Assembly: GCA_964304625.1 (NCBI GenBank)
Contig: OZ199838.1
Location: 11,557,608-11,621,607, forward strand
Length of the DNA: 64,000 bases
Reading direction: 5' to 3'
Source of the DNA: Kudoa neothunni
Lineage: Eukaryota > Animalia > Cnidaria
Shown: in pieces, positions 37,495-52,286 of the stretch
How positions within the stretch are numbered: the first letter of the stretch is position 1
How the letters are laid out: each line of letters begins with the position of its first letter
Notes under the pieces: model-generated
Databases searched by the model: none
Told to the model about the DNA's origin: nothing
Seen by the model: only the letters and a program-made list of their open reading frames with translations
Made by a program: the position numbers and the translations under genes

Positions 37495-39086
37495 GGCTAT
37501 TCTTATGGAAACGAATAACTCCTCCGTTATAAATGATATCTCGAATCTGACTTCATATTTGAATTTAGCTATTTTTAATCTAATTGTAATGCAAAATTAG
37601 TTTGAAAATTTAAAGAATAAAAATTCAACACTTTGTTTGCTCTATTTACACTGTTCATTAAGTACACCCACATTTTTTAGCTTAATATTGTGTAATATGA
37701 ACTTTTTAGTTTAAATTAAAAGTAAAAACGTATTCTAATAAATATGAACTTCTCTGTTCGTGCATTCTTGTGTCACCCACCACGTCCGAATATGCGCGTT
37801 AATCCTATTTGGTTGTGGGGCGTTCTTTTTCGTGAGATTATTTCTAAATATTAAAGAACTTTGAAATAACTGAAATCTGTAGAACAAGTTTATATATTAT
37901 ATTCAGTTGGAGAAGAGAAATTTAATCTTGTGTAAGATATAAAATACCAATTGCATGGAATTAGTCTGAAAAGTGGTGTCATTATTGCTTCTTAAGAAGC
38001 GCTGTTAAATTGATTTGCTCAAACCTATACCTTTTATTAAAAAATATTATTGTACTATTAAAATTTCGAATGTGGTTATTTTGGAGAAATTTTTTGGGCG
38101 CACAGCTAAACAACCATGGCTATTGCAGAAGTTGATCAATTCTTCACTGGGGTGAAAATTGATTTTTCTGAACTATTAAAGTTACAGATTCCTAAGTATC
38201 AGGAAGAAAATTTTTTAAATTTTAAAATGAAATTTTTCAGAACAATTTAAAATGTTCAAAGACGAATTAACCGTTACTTTAGCTCCAACATTGTTTATTA
38301 TAATACTACATTTCTTCGTTGGCACGCTTTACAACCGTCAAACTAACGTACCCCCAAAAATCGCCATTCCAAAATTTTCATTTTATAAATTTACCCACTG
38401 AGATACTACCAGAGGAATTAATGCAGAAAATTTAGAATTACCCTGCGTTTAAAAATTGATAAATGAGTATAAATTAAGAAATATAGGCTTACTCTTAAAC
38501 TTAACCTCATAGGTTCCTGTATTTATAGGTTCAGTATCCACGAATGAGCACCATGAAAACCTTTCTCGTACTTCTGATTAAAGTAAATACATTTGTAAGG
38601 ACAAAACAACGAAAATATCCCGAAATTATGGTGCAATCCTATAGATACATATGAAAAATGGTTTATATCGATGTAAATAGTTCGAATCCAATTAATATCC
38701 ATTAACTAACGACAATTTTGTTAAATTTATATTAAAAAATGTTCAGATAGAAACGTACATGTTTCGTAAATGATTGGAGATGACTTATTCTAAGTTAACC
38801 AGCGTGCGTTGAGAAGTATTAAACTAAAGGTTTCTAACCACTATTAGATATTTTTACATTTCATTTCAACTAAAATGTTTATATTGCACCATGTTAGGCT
38901 CAAAAATGTGAGTGTACTTAGTGAACAATGTAAATAGGGCAGAAAAAGTGTTGAATTTTTTATTCTTTAAATTTTCAAACTATTTTTGCATCAAAATTAG
39001 ATTAAAAATAGTTGAATTAAAATATGAAGTCAGATTTGAGATATCATCTATAACGGAGTAGTTATTTGTTTCCATGAGGATAACCA
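37495..39086. mobile_element. Foldback-like element with ~245-bp inverted repeats
   Basis: 37495-37740 is the diverged reverse complement of 38841-39086 (e.g. AATAACTCCTCCGTTATAAATGATATCTCGAATCTGACTTCATATTT vs AAATATGAAGTCAGATTTGAGATATCATCTATAACGGAGTAGTTATT). No intact internal ORF. Confidence 0.8.
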
Positions 39087-41715
39087 CTGCCAAAATAATT
39101 AGGGATTCTCACATAATGATGAAAGTAGCCAAGTTGAAATATGTGTAAGATCATATTATATCAAATATTTATTATAGATTTTTAATTTAAAATTAAGCAG
39201 GGGAAAGGTTTAGTTATATACAAAATAAGGGAAAATTTTATGATCAAAAATTAATTCATTATATGAACATACATACCTTGAAAGATTTAATGATGTAAAT
39301 TAACAAATATGTGGAAAAAATATTATGATATTTACGTAAAAATTAATAGTTTATAAATATACATAAATAGATACAGAAAAACTTACTCGAGTTGTGATGG
39401 TATATATTTTTTCTTTATTATCTTTATTTGTTTGATGTGGCTGACTTTCAGCCACGAGAAAGATATTGCATTATTCCGCTTGAATTTATTTGGCTTCAAT
39501 TACTGAAACATATGGTAATGTAGCGTTAAAAATGTTAAACTTATCAAATTGTAAAAAATTAATTTGTTAGTTTATTATTATCGTGTGATAATTTTTTGAC
39601 CTAAAAACTGGCCGAGAAAAAAATAAATTATTTTTCTCTATATAAAAATATTTTTATTAAAAAGGTTAATATAGATTTGTTTAGTCAATTTCCGGTTTAA
39701 AATGAATTTTATATGAATGAATATTACAGGCAGACAACCAAAAGAAATGAATAAATATGAAGGAAAAAGTTTTCTTGTTCATTTGATTGTGTAAATTAAA
39801 CAAAAATTATATTAACGCCGTTCTATATTAAATTAAATCAAAGCCAAGTTTATATGAATTTTATATTAATAAGAATAATAAATATCATTAAATTAGCCAA
39901 GTAACAGATCAATTCAATTCAAACAATGTCTAAATAAAATATAAGTCTATCGGATATAAATATACGGCAATATGTGAATATAAACCAACTATTCTCAACC
40001 CAAATAGTATTTAGATTTTTGATGTTTAGTACTAGGTAGGATCTTTTAAAATGAATGTATATGTTTTAATTATAACCTTGACGAATATTTAATATTGTCT
40101 GAAAGTTGTGAGTCTTTTCACAATTCTTTTGAATAAGATATTTTCAAATATCAATGTTATTTGAATTCGATATATTCGTCAAGTCTAATATTTGTTATAT
40201 TAAAACTAAATATTTTCATGAAATATACTACTTTTCAAGATATTATATTAAATAATCTAAATTTGGCAAGTTAAAATGCGCGAATGGAGCTTTAAACAGA
40301 CGTTTTGCGTTTTTGCGACCAGAGTAAACGTAGAATTAAATGTGAAGTTGTTTAATGTTTCCGCTGAAACTTTATAGAAAATAAAAATTTCGGATATATG
40401 GGTGTCATTTATTTTAAAGATGCTTCATTCAGATGTACTCAGAAGGTTAAATTGTTTTATGTTTTTTAGGACATTGATTTTTCTATACATGATTCATTTT
40501 TGTGTGGATTACTTTTTTAATAAAATCATGACTACAAAAGGTGAAAAAATTTTAGTATATAACCAAGGTTTTAAATTCATTTATTTATATCCCAAGCAAT
40601 TATAAGGTGACACCGAAAACCAATTAAAACTTTACAGCCATGCCATATAAAATGTATTCTTTACTTTCTATAAAGATATTTTTGATTATTATTTATAAAT
40701 AATAATTATAATTATTTAACTGGATCAAATTAAAACGTGATATTGAAATGAAAAACGCTGTCTATTACATAAAGCAACCCGGAAATCCGTGTATGTGTGT
40801 GTACGCATTTTTCATTCTTTACAGAGAAAAGACACTCCATTTGGCACACATATGGAAAGATAATATTTTATTTTAATACAGAAAAATACGTAAAAAATTA
40901 TAAAAGATTCGCATCTTACAAAATGACTAAAAACATTTTCACGTGGTATGATAGGTATAATTTGAGGATATATGCAAACATATAGATCATTTCGTTAAAG
41001 TTTTAAAAAGTTAATTATAAACGTACCATAGTGTTTATTCATTTTTAAAAATATTAAATAAGGTTCATGCGTCTAATTATTCAAGGTAAGTTAATTAAAA
41101 TACAATTTTTCCTACTAATTGATTTCTCTTTCAAAATTTTTCATATTTCATTATATCATAAAAAATACCATTAAATAACTAAAATTGAGATCGAAAAATA
41201 ACTTTAAAATCCTAAGCCGAGCATATATCGGATTCACGTGTAATTTCCATTTTATTAAGAAAAAGTTCAAAATTCTTTTACTTTATGTGTTAAACAGTTG
41301 TTTACATTAATTATTCCAAAAAATTTTTATAATGAATAATAGAGACCTATCAGATAACTCATCGGTTGCCGAATTTTATATATTGATGCGTTACAAAATT
41401 AAAATAAATTAAAGCAAATTCATATCATATTTATGTTTACTTTCTTTAACCGTACATTTTTGTGAACGTACTATGCAAAACGTAACAATTAACGGTCAAG
41501 AAACCTAAGTAGATCATATATTCACTTACCAAAGTTTGATATTTCAATGGATTATAAATATATGGCGTAATATTACAATTTATTGCCAATAATTAATTAA
41601 TGTTTATTTTTAGATTTTATACCATTTTTAAATTATTTAAATAAATCCAAATTTATTTTTGGAATCTTTGTATTATTTATCCAAATATTCTTAATTTACT
41701 TTAAACTTAAAATGA

Positions 41716-41790
41716 CCTTGGCCTACTCAAGGCTTTTGTCTACTTGGCCGGATGAGGAAACCTACGTGAAGCGGAGCTTTTTTGTTAGTT
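41716..41790 (+). repeat. Dispersed repeat, probable Helitron 3' end (copy 2)
   Basis: Similar to 8645-8722; ends ...GAAGCGGAGCTTTTTTGTTAGT. Confidence 0.45.
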
Positions 41791-42196
41791 AAATATATTA
41801 TAACTATCTCAAAATTTTCAATATGAATATATATTTAATTTATTAAATACTTATAATTAAATTTTAATTTTTTTAATTGATTAATATATTATACGCCGTA
41901 TTATTAAGAAAATATTTGCAGATTATATAAGAATTTATATCCTTCCGTTAAACGATATCAAATGTTTTCCTTATATATAAAATCATAATATTTAAAATAA
42001 CATGATACTTTTGGAAAGTCTAGAATAAAAAAAGGATAAATCTCTTACGATAAATTAATATCTCCATCATAACTTCTTAAACTTGGGCGAAGAATTAAAG
42101 CACAGACCATAAAACTTCAGAAAATATGATAATTATTTTTGATAACTTATTATTGCGTAGAAACTAATGTTAATGATCATAATAGATGATTTTGTT

Positions 42197-44234
42197 TTAG
42201 TATTCTTGAATGCTCTGAGAAAACTTTATTCCATTATCTCCTTTTTTACGTCTTCTCCTTGCCAAAAAATATGTTAACAACAATAAAAATGTAATTAAAA
42301 ATAAGGGTCCAACCACAAATCCGACAATTAACCATATATTTATAGTTGGAGTTTCTTCATTAATAACTATTTGAGGACGTTCATTCTCAGCAATTACTGT
42401 AGGACGTTCTTCCTCAGTGACTATTGTGGGGCGTTCCTCTTCAGTGACTATCGTGGGACGCTCCTCTTTAGTGGGTTTCCTAGCTCGAGTAGAACCTCTG
42501 AGAAAGGCGCTCCAAGGAATAGATCGATTCTTACAAGCGAATGTCAGAGTTGTTTATAGTTAACTCTTAATATACTATAATGGTGTATCTTCTCCTTTCC
42601 ATATTTATTGTCTGGAAGAAATAAGCGAGGTATAGAAGATGAAGCATGTTTCTGCTCTATTAAATTGATGGTTATGTTAATAAGTAGATTAAAAAACTAA
42701 CAATGAAATTACATTTCATCCACAGTTAGAATATCGATTCGATTTTGAGTGCAATAGCGTTGGATGTTATAATCAGATGTAGTTCCGGAAATCACCCCTT
42801 GAATTAGATTCTGAGGGATTTGATAGTTGCCAAGGTTAATCTAAAACAAATTTGTTATCAAAAATATTACAAGAAGCTTTAAAAATCGATCATTTAAAAA
42901 TAAATAAAGAATATCTCATTATCTGGGTATTTAAAGATAATTTGTTGTTAAAATTTTCCCGTAATAGAAAATAAACTGTGATCAAATTATAGCCCATTTA
43001 TTTTTTACAGAATCTTATAATTTACCACAATCGATCCCAAAATATGATTAAATATGCCACTGCTTGGATTGATAAGACGGCAACTGTCAGGGTCTTCACA
43101 GGATTCTTGTGTATTTATGACATTCCCCAATAACATTTGACAAGCATTTCGATCATATTCGCCATGAATACTTAAAACTTCAATGCTATCTTTAATGTAG
43201 AATAAAGGGTCGCATGATTGGAATCTGCTCATATTTCGGCTAAGTTTGTGTATATACCAAGAGGGATAGCATGGATTAATGAGTTTTAACGTTGTCTCGT
43301 GTGTTCTATATGCGATTATATTTTGAAGAATAAATACAATTTAGGTCGTTAACGTACTTTAACAATGTAATTGTTTGTTAAATGTTCGACATATTCAGGT
43401 CCAGCGCAATCAAAATACATCGAATATATATTCGCTTTTCCTTCCTCTCGGGCATATGTTGATACGTAGGGTTTAAGTTGTTCGCTGTTTGTGGGGCTGA
43501 AATGAAAAGTCAATACAATGCTGTATCTGGAGATTTGAATTAGATTTTCATTTTCTTGCATCTAAATTGTGATTTTGTAATAATTTATAAGGTGCGTATC
43601 ATCTACCAATTTGGTTGATAATGCCATTTTATAATGGGCCCAACCTTGGTCTACACTACTAACAGTAAGGATATTTGTTGTATCTTTCAATATATCATAT
43701 GATTTGATTTTTCTCCTAAATCTTTTGAGCAAAAACTTTCGTTTTGGGGGATCGTGAATTCTTAAGTTTAATGTAGAGATTTTCAACTCTAACTTTAAAT
43801 CTACTTTAGAGATCGAAATTCATCAGTTCCTATGACAGTAAGTGAGAATAACTGATCATTTTGAAGTCTTTGCCGAATCCAGTTCCCAATCGAATCAAAC
43901 ATTGTTTGAATTTCTCTAGAAATATCATCAGAAGCAACAAATATCCGATCGTTAACTAAACCAATTTGAGATGTGAATGATGTTACATTATGACTTTTTA
44001 CATGTTAGGTGTCTCCTATGGAAATATGACAAATTATCATATTCTATGGAATGTTTTTTTAGTAAAACTTAATAATAGTTCATACTCAACCTACAATGCA
44101 GCAATAGAAATATAACCCAATAATATATTTAATACCTGTTTTATATCATTAATTAATTCATATGATGAGTAATGGAACCATATAATTAGAGCTGTTAAAA
44201 CAGCCAATTTTTTTAGCTTTAAGCGTTTTCTCAT
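42197..44234 (-). pseudogene. Highly divergent CD39/GDA1 (E-NTPDase)-like two-TM protein, probably disrupted
   Basis: N-terminal signal anchor MRKRLKLKKLAVLTALIIWF and C-terminal TM IWLIVGFVVGPLFLITFLLLLTYFL followed by RRRRKK. The Cys scaffold NIYSMYFDCAG / LINPCYP / HGEYDRNAC / SCEDPDSC / IPWSAF parallels CD39. The apyrase motifs (DAGSS, DLGGAST) are absent. Stops or frameshifts occur near 44040 and 42710. Confidence 0.5.
42346..42472 (-). repeat. 27-bp coding tandem repeat (EEERPTIVT x ~5)
   Basis: KEERPTIVT-EEERPTIVT-EEERPTVIA-ENERPQIVI-NEETPTINI lies immediately before the TM segment. Confidence 0.85.
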
Positions 44235-45240
44235 TTTAACTAATTAAATGATATTAGTAAGCTAAACCTTAGTGATTAATTTTTGTAGAATTCCTTAATA
44301 TGTTATCATCACAAATATTTTATATTTATAACATAAAAATGGTTCATCAATTGTGAAAGATTGGCCTCTAATATTTATCGGTTTTTATAATAATTATTGG
44401 CGGTTGATTCATATTATTTGTATTTCGCGCTACTTCTATATTAATTATTACAGAAAAAAATTAATAATCGCTGAGGACCATAATGTTGAAGGTAGCTTAA
44501 TTAAAAATTCCTATAATCTATTGTTGCTTGTGGGGTAGAATATTTTAATTAAATAAATCCGAAATAGCACGAAACCTAAGTAAAAGAGTCGCAAACAAAA
44601 ATAATCTATTTATTTTAATTTGTAAAAATTTATTTCATTTTAATTCATTTAGAGTGTACATATATTCAAATTTTTGGAATAAACGACAATGATTTTTAAA
44701 ATAGAGATATAGCTTTTAATGGTAAAGATATGGCACTCCACTTTTAAATTAATTGTAATTAAATAGATATATTATACAAACTACTTCATTTATGATATAC
44801 TAAAAAGATGTTTACCGCGCTTATTTCAATCAATAGAGGCTATTTAAGTCACGTACTCTAAGTTATAAGAAGCATTAGGAGATAATCTTGGTGGCCATTA
44901 TACGTTATTATCATGTAGCAAGGCGGCAGATACTTATTATAATTGACAAACTTTGAAGAGCCTGGAAACTCAAAACTAAGCTGGCCATATATATTTATCT
45001 CGTTTTTAAAATATATTTGAAATTTTGATTTAAATCAAACAATTTAAGGGTGTTTATTCTGCTAAAAAATTAATTAACACTCTAAGTAAGTAGAATGTGG
45101 TTCCAAGTGACTGCATGCGTAGTAAACCGAACATCAGGCTATCAAATTAAATTATTTTGAATTCAAAAATTAAATTCTAGAACAACTGTTTTTATTCTCC
45201 AGTACAGTTTTAACTTTCGAAAGTATTCAAAAATTAATTA

Positions 45241-45625
45241 CCTTCAAAGATTTGGGGGTGAAATTCACCCAGAGTTTTCTAAATATATTTAAACAAAAAA
45301 AGTTTAATAAATTTATTTGTGAAATATTAGATGGTTTGACAGATCACATACAGAGAAACAATTTCATTACTCGTTAATAATCCCATAAAAATCATATGGC
45401 TTTAGTTGCCAATTCTTCGGTAACGTACAAAAGTAAAATAAATTATTTAAAAGTAAAAAAATGTAACTAAGATGTATTTATTTGTTTTAATTTCTAACTT
45501 AATTTAATTTTTTTTATGTGACGAGCTAAGATAGAATTCATTTTGAACAATTAGCACATTTCATGGATGAATAATTAAGGAAAAATCATAAGTGGAGTGA
45601 ATTTCACCCAAAAATCCTTAGAGGG
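45241..45625. mobile_element. Degenerate piggyBac-type MITE
   Basis: CCTTCAAAGATTTGGGGGTGAAATTCACCC pairs with GAGTGAATTTCACCCAAAAATCCTTAGAGGG. The subterminal motif is palindromic and the flanks are TTAA-like. Confidence 0.55.
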
Positions 45626-47011
45626 ATAAAGAAAATTTTTTTTACTTATTATAATTATGACTATAGTTATGTAAGATTAAAATTAATATCACAGAGATTT
45701 AGTTTGCGAATGTAAATCTCACTATTATGTCCCAAATATCTCAGGGGAGCTTAAGTTTCACTAGTAAATTACATCGCTTAGCCGATGAAAGTATTATATT
45801 AACTAAAAAATAAAATTATGACAATTTTTCAAATTCATGCGAATTATTTTATAGTACTAATAAGATGTTTTAATATATTTTTCTTATACTCATTCAAAAT
45901 TTAAAAAAAACCAATAAATAACATTAAACTTTGAGTGAAAAAGTTTTGTAAATGAAAAAATCAACTAAAGTTTATGTTTCAAAGGACTATCGGTTGTTTG
46001 GACTTTTCTACGATGAAGACCAATCTTTCCCAACAAGATAATTAATAAAAATATAAGGCAGTGAACTTTCATTAATTTTAATAAAATTACACCACTTAGT
46101 ATAATGAAAAATACACTTGTTTGCGCATTGTTTGCTTCGATAATCTCTTCACGATTCGTTTTAATAAAATAAATAAGGAGTGTAAAAATACAACCTACAA
46201 AAATAACTTTGTAAATTTAACCTATTCGTTACTTGTAATCACTTAAATTTTTTTTCATTAGGAAATGAACAGATGTACTATTACCGTACCTTGTCTACCG
46301 CGTGTTATTCCAAAATTAGTGGTGTTTAAATTTTAAAGTCGATGAGAACTTTTTTGTGCTTGTTAATGATTATAAAAAGTTTTTTAAAAACATGTCGTTA
46401 AATAAAATTTCTACAAAGCTCCAAATCGCCGTAGAAATTGCAGAAATTTCAATCGCTTCATCCTAATAAAGCGGAAATTATATGTTTCAGGACAACAACT
46501 GAGCAGTCTTTGTATGGCAGAAATAATTTACATTGTTCTTTCACATATTCATGTAAAAAATAATATATTATTTCAAAATTTTCTTCTTTGAAAGTAATAA
46601 TCTTAAAACTAATTCTCCTCAAAATAATATAATATTTTTTGAACTCTGTTACACGTGTTCCGTCTCAAAATTTAACCTGGAACAACATTTAAATATTGCA
46701 TCGTTGGTGTATGGATGAAATCATTTTAACTTTCATTAAAAAAGTTAAGTATTGCCGTCAGTTTCAAAATGGTTCAAAAAATTCAAAAATTCTGCAAATC
46801 ACACAGAAAAAAGAAATCAACTTGGTGGGAAAGCATCATCATAGAAATTGGTTAATGTATTTTCATTTGAACAAGAAAAAGAAAATAATAATCAGAATCG
46901 CTATCTAAAAGTTTACGTATAGAAAATATTCACAAATAAAGAATTTTTAGAGTCTAGTACCAAAACTCGAATTCAATCAGGTTTTTAGTGTAATATATTT
47001 TTTACACTTAA

Positions 47012-47200
47012 CCCTTATGTAATAACCACAGGCTCCGTGTTCCACTTTTAATATTACTTCGTTAGGCGATAAATGATACATTTTTTAAAATTTAGTGAAA
47101 TTCTGGCGAAAATACGTAGAATATTACAAGTTCATTATTAAAATTATATTTTAAAAATAATAGAAAGGGGATTCGTGGAGCCATGGTTATTACATAAGGG
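47012..47200. mobile_element. piggyBac-type MITE (189 bp)
   Basis: Perfect 17-bp TIR CCCTTATGTAATAACCA flanked by TTAA on both sides (47008-11 and 47201-04). Confidence 0.9.
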
Positions 47201-47799
47201 TTAATAGCTGCTGACGATGAAAGTACAAACGAATATTTTCCTTCAGAATTTTAATTCTTTGATGAATTATTCGGCAGTACTTCATGAAGCCAATACTTTA
47301 GTAAATAATGCGAATAGATAATGCGCTAAGAAGAGTTAAATATAAAGGTAGGCTTAACAGTCATTGAATTTTTTTGAATGGCTCTATGTAAATTTAATAT
47401 TGTAAGCTTGGCAAAATCAAGCAGAAGAACTGCTGTGAAAAAAGGAAATTTGGCCGTTGGGAAAACTCTATCGTGCATGTGTAACGCGAGTTATCTTGAA
47501 TGGTAGGTGGCGGTGTTAACGATTTCGGTTTCAAGTTAGTTTTAACTTAGAGGAATCGAAAAATGATATTCATAAAAAACCATTTCTACTAAAAATACCA
47601 CTCTTGTAGTAATCCCCTAATGAAACAGAGATGGAGTCCCGATCTAGCCCACTACTACATTATGGTCGGAAATCCTAAAACCATTAGGACCATCATTGCT
47701 ATCGCTACTACTGCTATTACTAATACTATTATTATTACAAAATATATATATTATAAGCATTGATAGTTTCTTCGCGCAAATACAACAACTCTAAAAAAC

Positions 47800-48800
47800 A
47801 ATATCAATTTTGGAGATGCCAAAATAAAGCTTTTTCGGCTAGACTGAAAAAGCTCTTCTGGATAAAACTGAAAATATATTGTTAGCTGATGATTATAACC
47901 ACGCTCTGAGCGAAAATGAAATATCAAAAATACTTTTGGCGGTCAAGAATAAAAGCGTTAACTGAGAACGTCACATACACCACATAATTTATAATTCATT
48001 TGCGACTAATACAACTAAATCTGTGGGAACTTATGATTATAAAACGAAAACTTTATATAAAAGTTGAAATATAAGGAAGAGAAATTCAATTATTATTGAC
48101 GTTACAATAAATCTTGAAAAATTTAGGTAAATACTTTGGGGGACGAAAATTATTGCATACTTTATACTGGGGTTGAAACTAATAACAGATTATTTATTTA
48201 TTTGCAACAAAGAGTAGCTTATTTCATATAAAGAACGCAAAAACGCTAATTGTTGACGGTACATTTAAGGTTTTCCTCAGAGCAATCTTTACAATTACAT
48301 ACGATTCATGGGAGAGTGTCGTCCAAAGTTTTCCTCTCTTGAATATTTTCTTTAAAACAAAAATGTGTGATGAATTATTCCAATTACATTATCATCGATT
48401 TGTGGATTATCAACTTTACTGCTTCGAAAAAAACTCAAATATATTTTTGCCTTCATTTTGGATAGCGCATTGGGATAAAAATATTGGAGAAAGGATAAAA
48501 AAGTTAATATTGTGAAAATGTCGAGTTTCACCTTTTTATGAATCCACCGCACCATTAGTGTTTGTTTTTATGGAATTTGTTGAAATGAAAAAAAAATTTT
48601 TGAAGGGAAAAAAGTACCCAATTGAAAATTGGAATATCTACGATCGGATCTTGAACAACACATAATTTACCTCTAATTCGGCTGGAATATCAACGTTCTT
48701 CGGTAAACTTAAAATCGTACAGAGTAACGTGGAAAATGACACAGCGACCATTCGCCGAGAATACTTTTGGTCGGAGAGAGAAGCGCGTACGCGAATACTG
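47800..48800 (+). mobile_element. MULE (Mutator) transposase remnant
   Basis: Decayed peptides NAKTLIVDGTFKVF..LQLHTIHG (~48234-48312) and NWNIYDRILNN (~48627-48660). Boundaries are approximate. Confidence 0.7.
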
Positions 48801-51438
48801 ATTTAAGAATGAGCGGGAATGATTCCACTGGTTTGGAGTATATAATGCTAAATACCAAAAGAAATAATGATAAAATATTATCTAAAGGTTTTTTCTATGT
48901 AAAAAACCATGCTTTTACAATAAAACAATACTGGGGATGAGAGACACGGACATGTAAAGGCCGTATTACAACCTCTCTATTAGACAATATTACTGAAATC
49001 AATTTGATTTCATCTCCATTTCCTCATCAGGAGTCCAGTCAGTTTCATTCTGACATTGATACTTTCATATCTAAACTTGAGGAAACCAAAGTTTGGTGGA
49101 ACAGGAAATAAAACATTTTTTGTGCCACCCAAATATTAAGAATTCAAATTACAAATCAAAAATGTAAAAAATACGAAAGATTTTCGCCCAAAATGATAAA
49201 TACTATGGAAATCTATTTTTGGAATCCATTACAAGAATTTATACTTGGAAATTTTATTAAATTATCCGTTAAAAAATATAATTTCGATAGTCTATTACAT
49301 TCGTTTAATTGCGCACACTCGTCGACTGGTCGCCTCGCGGTGTAAAATGACATAGAATGCAGCTTGGCAAATTTTCATCATAATTCATCGTCAATTTATA
49401 AACGAAAACTGGATCGTATACAATCCATATTATGGACTGAATTACTCCAAAATCATTGCAAAATTATATTCAAGGATACTAGAAAATTGGTCGATTTTGT
49501 TTTATGATTTATTATGATTGCGTCTATTATAAATAAATAAATAACGGCACAAATAAACACAAGCATGTTTCCTTGTGTACGCACGCGCCGATGAGTTACC
49601 CTTGCGCGCCTGTAATGATATGAGTAAGTTTGGCTATGATTATGTTAAGATCAACAGCTCAAAAGGATATTTACAGAATTTTCCTTATATAAATACCATA
49701 AAAAGATATTAGGCGATACTACAAACTATTTCTTCACATAAAAAAGTAGTAGTATTCTCATATTGAGGAATATATTGCACTAGGATGGTACCGATTCATT
49801 ATTGGGGAAGAAATAAATTTTATTCCAATATTTTAAACAGCATATCTGTCTTTTAGTTAGATTAATATAAATTAGTTTTTGATAATATCCATATTTTAGT
49901 CTATATCTATCTTCTAAAAATAGGTTTTAAAATAAATTAACAAAAAATCTGTTCCAATTTCTAATCTAATTTGGATAGCACGAAAAATTGTTAGTATTTG
50001 TATTAAATTATATTCATCTATGTAAAGGAATTTTAAACATAAGATTTACACTAAAAACCTATTCCACGATATTTTTTAAAAAACTCGAATTTATCTAGTG
50101 TAGCTAGGTTGTTAAATCTGTGTTAGAAAAGGCGGTATCTTTCCACCGCCATTTTTATCGTCTGCCACCGTTTTGGACATCCCCAAATCTTTTTTGTTTC
50201 CCACGCATATCATAGTTGTTAAGCCATTTAATGTCATGCAGTGAATTAACAATGTTGCGTTATATTGCGATGTATTCATGCTGAAAATAGAAAAATATCT
50301 GACTCATCCTTTGTAATAAAATTTTAATAACTCTTTTTAAACACATGTATTACATGTAAGTATAGATATTGGGTGTTTTCGGCTAAAATTACGTTTGCTT
50401 CGTGATCTAACCGCCAAAAGAATTTAAATTTAATAAGATAGTTATAATTATAGAGTTATATGAAAAATTTCCATTGAACCGATGTCAAATAACATATAAT
50501 GAATAATTTTGATATCAAATAAAAATCTTCCTTAAATTAAACATTAAATAATATCCATCATTTAGCAAAATTATCAAGCGAATGACGGAAATGCTAAATC
50601 TAGGATAAAGCAATGCGATCGAAAAATAGTAATCTTTCACGAGGAATTATCATAAACAAAGTAAAATATTTTATTTTTGACTTTAGAAATAATTCACTCA
50701 ACTACTGGATAGTTCTATGACTTTTAAAAAAATGCAAACTAAAACAAACTAGGTTTTTGATCAATCATAGTATACCCAATATTATTGTTGATGATTGGGG
50801 CTACATAGGAAAGATATTCTTAAAGTTGAAAAAAAGGAGATATTTACTTTAATAACAAAACTAGGGCCTATTATCAGAAAAAAAGATTTTCTAAATAAAT
50901 AATAACTAGATAGTTAATTTCTAAGGGAAAAATTATGATTTTGTCAATTAGATGAATAAACATGATGACTAGAAATCGAATGAACGTATGAATTTTCTAC
51001 TAACGCGGATTAACTTTAATAATTTAGCCATGACTGCATATAATGGAAAATTTTGTTAATTTCCGAAGTTTTGAGAACTCCAAAAACTACTACTGATCAC
51101 AGGGAATTCTAGCACTTGCATAGCTGTCACAATTATTTAATCTTACACAGCAGAATGACAAACTAACGTTATTTGAACGTGGAATACTTTTATTTTTAGG
51201 TAATTTTTTTGGCTCATTCAAACCTAAATTCTTTATAGATAACTCTGTTATTATCTTTTAATAACCACACAGTGACTCTAACCCAAAGATTCAAGAATAA
51301 TCGACAGTTTTGAAGGTATATATGAAAAACGCTTGATGATTAGAATTATTTTAAAAATGGAATTAAAATCAAAAACTTATCACAATCCGAGGTTCTAACA
51401 ACGTTATTTTAAAAAAAATCGACTATTCTTTACATAAC

Positions 51439-52286
51439 GGAACTGTAGTCGGAAAATTTCTGGCAAAATCGCACAAAAACCCCACAATAAATTATATTCA
51501 ATAATTCTTCATTATTTCTTTAAAGAAGGTAGTAAACTTGATGTCTATATTTTTTCGGTACATATAGTCCGAAACGAAGTCATATAATGACTGTTCATTT
51601 TAATTAGCAATGTTCCGGTAACTTCTTTTAAAATCTCTCTACCTAGTTTCGATTTTATTTGTATGTACACCAATACCAAAAAAACGAATAATTGTGGAAA
51701 AATATATCGTGGCAAAATTGTACATTATTCGGACGATTGTAGCCTCTTTATCTTACCGCCCAGATTATAGAATTCTCTTCTACATTATTAAGAACAATTT
51801 TTTCATGGGAAGAACTGTCTTCTCTTCTGGAATTTTTGAAAGAAAAACATTCATCTTACTCATCTACTCCATTAATAATTCAATATATTCACAGTTGTCG
51901 CCCCAGTTTCATCGATCTGGACAACGACATTTCTACCGCCAATTTTTTTAAGTTCATCCGTAATCTTCTACGTAAGAATACTTCTCAACAATTCACTTTA
52001 ATCACTTATAGTTTTTTAAGAAAGAATTCTGACATGCTTTTGTATTACATCGCAGACAACCTTTAAGGTGAATTTTCACGATGAAAATACAAATAGTTTC
52101 CACGGCGACAATTCGGAATGCTGATAAATTGAGCCAACTCGTAAATTTAGCTTTTTTAGACAATAGAGACATCGGAAAAAACAAATATTGACAAATTTTA
52201 TTTCATATAAGATGCATTATCGTCCCATATATTCATTTTTTTCTAAATTTCCCGAATATGCGGCGGAAGTTTTTGACTATAGTCCC
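51439..52286 (-). mobile_element. Merlin/ISXO2-like transposon remnant
   Basis: Minus-strand peptides KIGGRNVVVQIDET (~51906-51947) and GVHTNKIETR (~51642-51671). Imperfect GG-terminal TIRs GGAACTGTAGTCGGAAAATTTC and GGAAGTTTTTGACTATAGTCCC. Confidence 0.75.

Noticed and set aside
42346-42472. CRISPR-like or other prokaryotic array
   Set aside because: It is a spacerless coding tandem repeat in a eukaryotic intron-containing gene; no prokaryotic systems are seen in the window.
50640-50960. IstB/DnaC-like ATPase fragment (IIVDDWGY)
   Set aside because: One short motif in heavily disrupted sequence, with no Walker A motif or open frame.
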